Positions 54,073 through 62,809 of a DNA stretch of 64,000 nucleotides are shown here, piece by piece (position 1 is the stretch's first letter; every line of letters begins with the position of its first letter). Made by a program: the position numbers and the translations under genes. The stretch lies in the NCBI GenBank assembly GCA_965203555.1, contig CBDBCY010000004.1:3076936-3140935 (forward strand). Direction: 5' to 3'. This stretch comes from Acidimicrobiia bacterium (GTDB lineage Bacteria > Actinomycetota > Acidimicrobiia > Spongiisociales > ZC4RG35). The notes beneath the pieces are model-generated. The model worked only from the letters and a program-made list of their open reading frames with translations, made no database searches and had not been told where the DNA came from.

Positions 54073-55092
54073 ATGCTTATGGCCGCTGATGGCAGGGACT
54101 CTTTGTTGGCTCATCTCGCCTGGAAGTTCCCCGGGCAGACAGAGACTCTCGCCATCGAGGCGCTCGGCTACATACTCTCCCGGTCGGTTGCTGCTCGAGC
54201 GGCTCTGCGGGAGATGCTCCGAACCGGCGGCGCGGACGTAGCGCCCCTTTGCGGGGTGGCAACTGAGGTCATCGGAGACCAGGACGAGCGTGTGGACCTT
54301 GTCGCTGTTGATGAACGGGGCTCGGAGCGGGTGCTGATAGAGGTGAAATTCTGGGCCGGGCTTACCGACAATCAACCTGAAACGTATTTGTGTCGCCTTC
54401 CAAGAGACGGAGATCCCGCCGTTCTGCTTTTCGTGGCGCCGGAGCAGCGCTTGGTGACACTTTGGGATGAGATCCGCCGTAGGGCAGAAGCGAAGTGGGA
54501 TTTGCGGCCCGACCGGGGCACGGAGGGTCTGAGGAGTGTCACGGTCGATGAGAGCCCACGCCGTTTGATGCTCACGAGTTGGCGGACGTTGCTCGGTGCG
54601 ATGTCGTCGCGCGCCAGCGTAGATGGCGATTCGTCCGCCGAGCGGGACATCCTGCAGTTGGGTGCTCTGTGCGAACGTCAGGACTCGGAGGCTTTCCTGC
54701 CGTTACGTTCGGAGGAGTTCTCGCCGGCGTTCCCGAGACGGATGCTTGACATGTACAGGCTTGTCAATGACGCTACGACACAGGCGAGTCAATGTGAATT
54801 CGTGGATACCACGGGACTCGTATTCGCTGCCAATGCTTTCGGGTTCGGTAGATGGCTTCGGATCGGGAAGGATGGCGCTTGGTTCGTCGCATGGTTCGGC
54901 GTCGACCATAGGCTGTGGAGCCGGGAGAAAGAAACCCCTTTGTGGCTTGTGTTCTCTGATCGGGATGCGGTGAAGGAGAAGCTAGTCAACCCAGATTACG
55001 GATTCACGCTGCCGATCGGCGTGGAATACGATGCAGTACTTGATTCGGTAGTAGGGGGACTGCACGAGATCGCGGAGGCTCTCAGCGCCTGA
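54073..55092 (+). CDS. Hypothetical protein with N-terminal PD-(D/E)xK nuclease-like motif
   Basis: E...RVDLV...VLIEVKFWAGLTDNQPETY (D-ExK-Q-Y pattern). Confidence 0.7.
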   Translation: MLMAADGRDSLLAHLAWKFPGQTETLAIEALGYILSRSVAARAALREMLRTGGADVAPLCGVATEVIGDQDERVDLVAVDERGSERVLIEVKFWAGLTDNQPETYLCRLPRDGDPAVLLFVAPEQRLVTLWDEIRRRAEAKWDLRPDRGTEGLRSVTVDESPRRLMLTSWRTLLGAMSSRASVDGDSSAERDILQLGALCERQDSEAFLPLRSEEFSPAFPRRMLDMYRLVNDATTQASQCEFVDTTGLVFAANAFGFGRWLRIGKDGAWFVAWFGVDHRLWSREKETPLWLVFSDRDAVKEKLVNPDYGFTLPIGVEYDAVLDSVVGGLHEIAEALSA

Positions 55093-55433
55093 GATGTCCC
55101 CAACGAACCTGTGTTTGGGGCGATTTCGAAATGGGCGTGGTTCCAAGCTGCCGGTCAATTGCGATCACGAACCCTCCTGGGTGTCGGTCAGCCTTCCGAA
55201 AGCTCCGATGGCGTCGCCGTACCGGCTGGTTCGGGTTTTCCCGGGGCGCGCCAATATCCCCGCAAAACTTCTATATCCGTTATCAACGCGGTGAAAATTG
55301 CGAAGGCCCCTCATTGAAAATGTGCAGACCCCACCCCGCGATCAGGACAGACTGGACACCCGTTGACGTGCTGGTCAGGGATGGTCGCCGATACACCACT
55401 CAGGCCCAGGCATCCTTATGATCTCTCCGCTGT

Positions 55434-56129
55434 TCAAGGCGCGGGGTTGTTCGTCTTGGACAATGCTGAGGCGAAGAGGCCTGAAGGTACCGCCACGATG
55501 CCCAAACCTATGAGGACCAATAGCATCGCCAGGATTTTGCCTGCCACCGTGTCAGGTGCGATCCCTTCCGCACCCATTGTCAGGGAGGCCACCGACCAAT
55601 AGACACATTCGAAGAGGTTCCCGTAAGCATCGTTCGTTTCGTGCTCAAACTCCCAGATCCCGTACGCAGCAATGAAGGTCATCACCGCCGTCACCCCTGA
55701 GAAGAGCGCCAGTTCGTCTTTTATGTCGTCAAAGGCTTCGGAGAAACGGTCAACCGCTGAACTGTATCGGGCCAGTTTCAACACCCGCAGGGCTCGCAGC
55801 AGACGCAACGGTTTAGCGGCTCCCAACATTTCTATTGACGAAAGACCGGCCACCACAGCCAGCAGATCGACGATCCCATAGAATGATCGAAGGTATCTGA
55901 GAGGGTGAGCGGACGCGAAAATGCGCATCGCATATTCCACGGTGAACAGTACCCAGAAGGTGATCTCGGCACGGTCCAGCCAAACATCGGCCGTGCTCCC
56001 TTCTGTCACGACCGTGTGTAACACCAAAGTGGCCAGAGCCAAGATGACAGTGATTCCCGACGCAGCCTCCGTTAGGCGTCCCACCCGCGTGTCCACATTG
56101 AAGAGTCGCGATCGGAGATTGCCTGACAT
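55434..56129 (-). CDS. 6-TM voltage-gated-type ion channel with non-canonical selectivity filter
   Basis: S2 FTVEYAMR, S3 GIVDLLA, S4 LRLLRALRVLKLARY, pore YWSVASLTMGAEGIAP, S6 GIVAVPSGLFAS. Confidence 0.88.
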   Translation of the reverse strand: MSGNLRSRLFNVDTRVGRLTEAASGITVILALATLVLHTVVTEGSTADVWLDRAEITFWVLFTVEYAMRIFASAHPLRYLRSFYGIVDLLAVVAGLSSIEMLGAAKPLRLLRALRVLKLARYSSAVDRFSEAFDDIKDELALFSGVTAVMTFIAAYGIWEFEHETNDAYGNLFECVYWSVASLTMGAEGIAPDTVAGKILAMLLVLIGLGIVAVPSGLFASALSKTNNPAP

Positions 56130-57310
56130 CAAGTTGATCCCCCTTTGGCTATGAGTTTCATGAAGTGAGTTGCGTCGATTATCGGCAGTCCCCGGTCGCG
56201 GGCCTTGCGGGCCTTGCCGGAGCGGGAACGGACGTCACCTGCTACTACGAGACCGCAGCGCTTGGTTACCGAGTTGACGGGGTGAAGGCCTGCTTGTCGT
56301 GCCAGTTGTTGTAGAGTTGGCCGTCCGATCGGGTCACCGTCCACAGTGGCTTGACCAGTAAAGCAAACGGCCATTCCAGGCGTCAACTCGACAGCCTTCT
56401 CCTCACCGGTCTCGGCCTCTCCGACGAGCCGTTCATCGCCGCCGATTTCCAGTGCGGCAGCTACCTTGTCGTGAAGAACTCGCTCCTCCTCGGTGACCAC
56501 CCCGTCGGCCAGGATTTGTCTAACCAGTCGGTCATAGTACCTCCGGTGTAAATCCACCCGATGCGCTTTGCTCAATTGCAGCGCCCGGGCAGTGGAGGCC
56601 ATCCAGACTTGTTCCTCGTGACTCAGTTCACCGTCGTCTAGGCAACGGTCGAGGGTGTCCAGATACAACACCTCTGCCTCGTTGGTCGTGCGGGGCCAAG
56701 CCGTACGGAGCGCCAGCATGCTCAGCGCGCCTCTCCGGGGTGGAGCGCCGGGTCGTCTAACGGTAAAACCCGTGGAGTCACTGCCCGAGCGGCAAGTTGC
56801 GGGAGCAAAGTTCCCATCCGTCCATTGGCTTGCTCGAGCAAGCAACAGCTGTGCCGAAACCCGGGCGTCGCCCAGAGCAGTGTGATCTGGTTGGACAATA
56901 CCCGCCTGCTGTGCTGCCACTGAGAGCTTTTGCTTCGTTAAGCGATAAGTGCAGATTCCCATCCCCGGATCGAAGGTCATGGTCGGAACCCGCCCAATCT
57001 CTTGACCCAGCATCCTCAGGTCAAAACTGATATTGTGCGCCACCAATACCGCCCCATCCAGGCGCGCGGCGATGTCTCCGGCCACCGATTCGAACTCCGG
57101 CGCCACCTCCAGTATGGAGGGTGTAATGCCGTGAATATGCACCGGACCAGGATCCCGGTTGGGCTGAAGCAGAGTCTCGTACTCCTCCACAATCTCACCG
57201 TCCAAGATTGTCACACACGCGAATTCCACAATCCGATCAGTAGAGAACAGGCCGGTGGTTTCAGTGTCGACTACCGCGATCCTGGGTTGGTTGGCAGGGG
57301 GGCTAAACAT
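56129..57310 (-). CDS. DEDDh 3'-5' exonuclease fused to TerB-like and BRCT domains
   Basis: VDTETTG, AHNISFD, HTALGDA; DDGELSHEE / ADGVVTEEE; VCFTG...SVTKRCGLVVAG...SGKARKARDRG; start may be 57370. Confidence 0.88.
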   Translation of the reverse strand: MFSPPANQPRIAVVDTETTGLFSTDRIVEFACVTILDGEIVEEYETLLQPNRDPGPVHIHGITPSILEVAPEFESVAGDIAARLDGAVLVAHNISFDLRMLGQEIGRVPTMTFDPGMGICTYRLTKQKLSVAAQQAGIVQPDHTALGDARVSAQLLLARASQWTDGNFAPATCRSGSDSTGFTVRRPGAPPRRGALSMLALRTAWPRTTNEAEVLYLDTLDRCLDDGELSHEEQVWMASTARALQLSKAHRVDLHRRYYDRLVRQILADGVVTEEERVLHDKVAAALEIGGDERLVGEAETGEEKAVELTPGMAVCFTGQATVDGDPIGRPTLQQLARQAGLHPVNSVTKRCGLVVAGDVRSRSGKARKARDRGLPIIDATHFMKLIAKGGST

Positions 57311-57688
57311 GTGGTCGAAAGAGTAGTCACTGACTGTGACAGAACATTCCGCATCCCAAATTCCCATCACTGGAGGAACTCAATCCCACCACGGACCACC
57401 GGGTGACTGACCAGTTCACCGAGGACCGGTTCTGTTGGTGGACGATATCCTTGGTTCCAAGTGGACTCTGACGATGTCGGGCGAGAACTTCTGAGTGCAG
57501 GCTCAGTCCGGTCCCGCGCGCCTTAGCCGATGCGGCTGAGATGTCGGTCAAGAGAAGAACGAAACCCCGCTTCGGATTGACGAGGGCCCGGCGAGTGGCC
57601 TTTCACTCTGGGCGGTCCGCTAAGGAAGGGCCTTCCAGGCATCTGCTTGTAACTGGGAGTTGCCTGCTTCGCAATTTGTCGTGAGCGG

Positions 57689-57845
57689 GAACACCGTAGG
57701 AAACAGGTTGCTACCTACCGCGCCGCCATTGTTGAAGCGGCCAAGCGCAGGGGTTTTCGTGGCATCGCTTTGGTCGGTTCCGTGGCACGATGGGAAAACG
57801 AAGCGGACAGCGATGTCGACTTTGTGGTTGGGTGCGAATCGGAAG
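57689..57845 (+). pseudogene. Minimal nucleotidyltransferase (MNT antitoxin) fragment
   Basis: Frame not in the ORF track reads YRAAIVEAAKRRGFRGIALVGSVARWENEADSDVDFVV (GS..DxD); truncated by an IS end. Confidence 0.7.
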
Positions 57846-57900
57846 TGAATCGCCCCGGGTTTCCCGGAGACTTTCTATCTTGAGAGGATATGGAGAATTA
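57846..57900 (+). mobile_element. Orphan left end of an IS3-family element
   Basis: TGAATCGCCCCGGGTTTCCCGGAGACT resembles the IS6110-type IR TGAACCGCCCCGG..CCGGAGACT; no transposase follows. Confidence 0.7.
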
Positions 57901-57901
57901 T

Positions 57902-58710
57902 GGGCATCCGGATTCTCCACGATCACGTGGTAGACAAACTGGGTGGACCGCGGAGGCTCACTCAACTCATAGAGCTGGAGAAGGCGGTTTGTCGGTCCGA
58001 ACTTTTCGCGTCACTCGGTCAACACACCCACCTGATCTGCCGGCGGGTTGGACGCCCTGCAGAGGACGCGTGAATCACTCAGAGTTATCGGAGCGCAAAC
58101 ACGACGGATGGGGACCACTATGCGTGTAATCATCGGCTGGATCATCATGGGCACGCTGCTCGCCGTCAGCCTGCTGGGTGCAATATCGGCTCCAAACAGG
58201 CGAGGGGTCGCGATCTGGGTGGTGATCGGCCTCGCAGTTGCAGCCGGGCTGGGCGGGATGGTCGCGGCGGTCGAGTCGGTGTCCAGGTGTGACGGAAGGG
58301 GACTACTTCTTTCAATCTTGAGACCTCTGTTGTCTGTGGCAGCAGGCGTGGCCACCTTTCTGGGCACGTTCAGAACCGACTGCGATCATGTGGCTGGAGT
58401 TCCGAGTTGGGAGCGCTGCGAAACGTGGTTGGGCACCCCGACCGTCGACTGGCCAGGAGCACCTCTATTGACGCTTGTGCTTGCTCTGGGCGTCGGCTAC
58501 CTGGTCTGGTGGCTCTTTGGGAGGGTGTTCCTAGACCGTTTGGAATAGAGGTCCGGTATAGGTTGTGGAGTTGGCAGAAAGAGACCCCTTTGTGGATTAT
58601 TTTCTCTGATCGGGATGCGGTGAAGGAGAAGCTTGTCGATCCAGATTACGGATTCACGCTGCCGACCGGCGTGGAATACGGTGCGGTATTTTGATTCGGT
58701 GGTAGCGGAA
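57902..58710 (+). repeat. Diverged partial duplicate of 53182-53830 plus ~54908-55060
   Basis: Methyltransferase 3' end, membrane gene and PD-(D/E)xK gene tail recur in the same order with many substitutions. Confidence 0.9.
58120..58548 (+). CDS. Four-TM membrane protein, copy 2 (intact)
   Basis: 142 aa, hydrophobic, with a C..GVPSWERC.TWL loop conserved in both copies. Confidence 0.75.
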   Translation: MRVIIGWIIMGTLLAVSLLGAISAPNRRGVAIWVVIGLAVAAGLGGMVAAVESVSRCDGRGLLLSILRPLLSVAAGVATFLGTFRTDCDHVAGVPSWERCETWLGTPTVDWPGAPLLTLVLALGVGYLVWWLFGRVFLDRLE

Positions 58711-58905
58711 CGGTGAGACCTGCGGAGTCGGTGCTCGACCGGCAAGTTGCGGGAGAAACCCCGTCTACCGATTTGAGGGCGCATCGCCCCATACCAACGC
58801 CGGTGTCGCAACCGAGCCCTCTACCAATGACATTTTGTGGAATATCCGTCTCAGGAGGCTAATGGCACCCGAACTTCACTCCCCGCAACACAACTCCTCC
58901 ATGGC

Positions 58906-60749
58906 TCAGGGAAGGTAGGCGGCGGTCACCGAAGGGCAAACTCCCGGGTCGGAGCAGGCCACCATCACCAGCCCGGCCGGGATGGGGGCAACCAGAACAT
59001 AGTCGTCGGCAGAGGCCTGGAAGCCCAACTTCCCCTGAGGTTGTGGGTCGCCCACGTTCATCCCCTCCGCCGCATATTGGGCCAGCAGGCGGGCCAACTC
59101 TTCGACTTCTTTCTGGTCGTCTCCGGCATACTCCCAGACCAGCACCACCTCACCATCCGCGGTATACCCCACCAGGCTGCGACCCCCGCCCCAGCCCGTG
59201 GCGGCGTCGACCGCCAGTTCGGGACCCAGGATCTGTTCGAACATGGTGAGTATGTCCAGGAAACCCCAGGTGTAGTCGTAGATCTCCTCGTACCCGTCGG
59301 GAAGAGCACCGGCGGGCCTTTCCATGCTGATCGGTTCCGTGGAAGGAGAAGGGGCTCCCTCGTATATCTCTTCGGTGGACCGGGGCGGGTTCAGGTACAG
59401 ATCGTTGACCGCTTTCCACCCTCCTTCTCTCCACCGGTCCAACACGTATTCGAAGCCGCTTTCATAGGGGAAGTAGAGCGCTCTTTCCATGAACAGTGGA
59501 ATGTCAGGTCCGGTGGCTCGGGAGGCGGCAGACTCAGCCATCAGGCGATTTCGGGCGGCCACGTCGAGGGTGTTCACATAAATGGCCTGTGCAAGGGTGG
59601 CGTCTCCCTCCACCAGGGAAAGCAGGCTGGAGGCTGGATCGAAGAGTTGGCTGTCCACCAACTTCTCCATCCTCGAACCGAAACCGAAATGCTGATCGGT
59701 GAGGGCGTGAATCAACTCGTGCACCAGCGTCACGGTCTCAAGAACCGTGAACTCTTCCCCGGCCGCCGGTATCACCATTTCCTTGTCTTCGCTGGAGTAG
59801 AACCCCGCCGCGCTCTCGCCGTACAACTCCCCGTACAGTGCTCTCAGATCATCATCCGGCTCCAGCAGACCGAGCAGTTTGTACAGGGCCTCGTCAACCT
59901 CGATACCTTCCAGTGCGGCGTCCACGTCCATCCGCACCCGGGCCTCGAAGTCTTCCGGGGACAGGACCGTGACATCTGGAAGCTCCACAAACTCCAAACG
60001 TCTGATGCCTTCGGTGGTCTCCACGGCCTCCCAAACCTGAGCGGAGATTTCGGGGCTGAGACCCTCGATGGATGCGACACTTGACGCAAGCGGATCCTGG
60101 GACGTTTGGCAAGTGTCGGGAGCCAGTGCTCTGCACAAGAACAGCACCATTTCTTCCCGTGACACGTTGGTACCGAACCCGAAAGTCCCGGCGGCTACAC
60201 CGCCGGTGATGCCCTGATCGAACGCCCACCCAATAGGCAAATCGGCCCACCGGCTCCGGTCGGAAGGCACATCCCAAAAGATGTCGCTTCCCCTGGACCC
60301 CCCACTCGGAGAACCTCTAGCCCGATAAAGGAACGTCATCATCTGCTCACGGACAAGAGTGCGAGACCCTCCGAACTCTGTAGCGCTTACCCCGGTTGTG
60401 ATGAGCTGATCTACAGCCCACCCAATCGAAAAGTCAGCCCAGTGACCAGCCGGCACGTCAACAAATCTGTCACTTCCCCCCCCCCCCCGCTTTTACCGCA
60501 ACTGCTCGGGTCGAACGCTCGACACAAGAAAGTGACCATCTCATAACGAGTGAGCGTCTGTCCCATACCAAAACGGTTGTTACCCACCCCCACGGTGATC
60601 CCCTTCTCAGCAGCCCAGTCGATCGCAGTTTCCGCGACATGACCCTCGGGGACATCCTTGAACTCGGGAGCCGTCTGCGCAACAACCGTTTGAACACCAA
60701 CCAGCAGACCGGCCACAACCGCAGCCACCACCACACCCCGTTTCAACAC
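58906..60749 (-). CDS. Secreted protein with three SLH-like repeats and a C-terminal HExxH metallopeptidase-like domain; frameshifted at a G13 tract
   Basis: Signal peptide; FxDVP...AIDWA...GIT.G...TR.EM.TFL.R x3; LVHELIHALTDQHF...LVEGDA; C13 at 60476-60488. Confidence 0.85.
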
Positions 60750-60922
60750 CCGTTACATCGCCTTTCTGCTCTCCAGCCGCCACAACGATAGCAAAACTGA
60801 ACCGCTTCGGTTTCCCCGGTGACGGAGGTGCTGTCCCAAAACCGGCTGGGTCTCCTGCAGGGTGAACCCCGCTTCGGAGTGACAAGAGCCCGGCGGGTGG
60901 TTCTTCACTCCGGCGCGGATCG

Positions 60923-61816
60923 CTACAGGAGGGTCATGCGGACGTCTACTTCCAACTGCGAGGCGCCTCCTCCTTCGATCACTCCTCGGGTCGGGGGGAC
61001 GTCTCGGTAGTCGCGCCCTACCGCTATCCGCACGTATTTGCGGTCGGCGAGAGCCCGGTTGGTGGGGTCGAGGCCGATCCATCCCAGGCGGGGCAGGCGG
61101 GTCTCTGCCCAGGCGTGCGTGGCGGCCCCGGAGGCCGATCCGGGCTGTTCCGACCCTTCCCCGGTTATGTACAGGTATCCCGACACGTAGCGGGTCGGCA
61201 CGCCCCAGGAGCGGGCGATGGCGACCATTACGTGGGTGTAGTCCTGGCATACGCCCTTTTTCGATGCGAGGAAGTCGTCGATGGTGGAGTCCACCGATGT
61301 GACGCCGGGCGTGTATTCGAAAGCGTCGTTGAGCGCCGAGGAGAGCGCCAGAAGATCGATGAGGGGATCGTCTCCCGGTTCGACTCCCAGTTGCGTGACG
61401 AACTCGGCGAGGGCAGGGGAGGAGGGTGCAAGCGGGCTTGGCCCGGTGAAGTCCCACCACTTCGGATCGGCGCCCATGGTTCGGACCTCGTCCCAGGCAC
61501 TCGCCCCCAGGCGTCCAGGTAGGGCGGGAGGCGGCGCCACCTCCACTTCCGAGGTCGAAACGACCTCCAAGGTGTCGTGATCCCGGTGGAGGGTCAGGAC
61601 GTGCCGGGTGTTGCCGAACGGGTCGGTCTCGGTCGTCAACCTGGCGGGAGGCGTGGTCTTGACGGAAAAGTCCACAAGCCTCTGGCCGGGAGCCTGGAGG
61701 GGTTGAAGGCAAAGGGACATGGTGCATCGCCGGACCGGGTGGCTGTATACGAAGCGCGAGAGGTGTTCGATGCGGTAGCGCGACGAATCCCCCGCGGCGC
61801 CGGCGGGTGGGGTCAT
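60923..61816 (-). CDS. Transglutaminase family protein
   Basis: YRIEH.SRF.Y, DPFGN, GVCQDYTH, RYVSGYL, THAWAE, LDPTN, GRDYRDVPP. Confidence 0.95.
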   Translation of the reverse strand: MTPPAGAAGDSSRYRIEHLSRFVYSHPVRRCTMSLCLQPLQAPGQRLVDFSVKTTPPARLTTETDPFGNTRHVLTLHRDHDTLEVVSTSEVEVAPPPALPGRLGASAWDEVRTMGADPKWWDFTGPSPLAPSSPALAEFVTQLGVEPGDDPLIDLLALSSALNDAFEYTPGVTSVDSTIDDFLASKKGVCQDYTHVMVAIARSWGVPTRYVSGYLYITGEGSEQPGSASGAATHAWAETRLPRLGWIGLDPTNRALADRKYVRIAVGRDYRDVPPTRGVIEGGGASQLEVDVRMTLL

Positions 61817-62802
61817 TGGTCGTGCCTGCCGGGCATCCCGTTGCCAGGCGCGAGGACCGGGTAGTCGAAGTAGGTCTTCGTTACCAGCTCGTGGAGTTGT
61901 CGGCACCCGTCGCGGACTCTCCTTAACAGGGTGTGGCCGCCGGTCCCGCCTGGCCATTCGATCCCGACCAACTGGCGGAGGTACTCGGCCTGGCTGCGGG
62001 TCCGGGCGGTGGCCTCGGCGTCGGGTCCCGGTCCCACCGCGGTCAACTCCTCGCACAACACGGACACGGACAGGCTCAACGAGTCGGGGAGTTGGGGGTT
62101 GGTGACGAGCAATCCCAACACGCGGTCGGGTTCGATGGCGGCGCTGGAAGCGCGATTGTAGGCCTCGAACGCGTAGTAGTGGCGGAGAAGGCTCGTCCAG
62201 TAGGCGTCCGCGGGCACCTCGAACAGCCGGACCGCGGCGATCTGGGCCATCAGGAGGGAAGCGGAGAGCTGCAGCCTCTCGATGTGGTTTCCCAACTGGA
62301 CGAAGTGCCAGGCGTCGTCGCGGTACAGGGTGGAGGAGGTCACCCCGCGGAAGGTGTCGATCTGCGCCGCCGTCTCGGCGTAGAAGTTCTCCGGGGATCT
62401 GAGCCAGATGTCGTGTGTCTCCATGTTCTGCAGGCGAAGGTACGACTGGTTCAGGCAGGTCCACATCTCGGCGGAGATGTGGTGGCGCATCTGGCGAGCG
62501 TTCTCCCGTCCCTGGGCGAAGCAACTGCGGATCGAGTCGGGGTTGGTGGGTTCGAAGGTCAGGTCGTCGGTCAGCGCGAACGAGTCGACCAGCGTGAACA
62601 GGTCGTCGCTGCTGAGTTCGAGCGCGCCGCTGAGCGGTTCCCGTTCCAGTGCCCCGTATATGCGATGCCAGCCGAAGTAGACATCCCGGGGCGGGCTGTC
62701 GACCAGCGACTCGGTCTGCTGGCGGAGCAGCCGGGACAGGTGGCCGGCTCTCTCCAGGTAGCGGCCCATCCAATACAGCCCGGCGGCGCTTCTCGACAGC
62801 AT
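61813..62802 (-). CDS. Alpha-E domain protein (DUF403)
   Basis: MLSRSAAGLYWMGRYLERA, RENARQMR..IS.EMW, LGNHIER. Confidence 0.93.
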   Translation of the reverse strand: MLSRSAAGLYWMGRYLERAGHLSRLLRQQTESLVDSPPRDVYFGWHRIYGALEREPLSGALELSSDDLFTLVDSFALTDDLTFEPTNPDSIRSCFAQGRENARQMRHHISAEMWTCLNQSYLRLQNMETHDIWLRSPENFYAETAAQIDTFRGVTSSTLYRDDAWHFVQLGNHIERLQLSASLLMAQIAAVRLFEVPADAYWTSLLRHYYAFEAYNRASSAAIEPDRVLGLLVTNPQLPDSLSLSVSVLCEELTAVGPGPDAEATARTRSQAEYLRQLVGIEWPGGTGGHTLLRRVRDGCRQLHELVTKTYFDYPVLAPGNGMPGRHDQ

Positions 62803-62809
62803 CTTTCGA

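Noticed and set aside
52559-55092. Methyltransferase plus nuclease as a classical restriction-modification system
   Set aside because: The methyltransferase lacks DPPY/NPPY or PC motifs and resembles the tRNA-modifying CmoM family.
55281-55332. Repeated TGAAAAT..GC motif resembling an IS21-type end
   Set aside because: Starts with TA rather than TG, has no partner end and no transposase; too weak to call.
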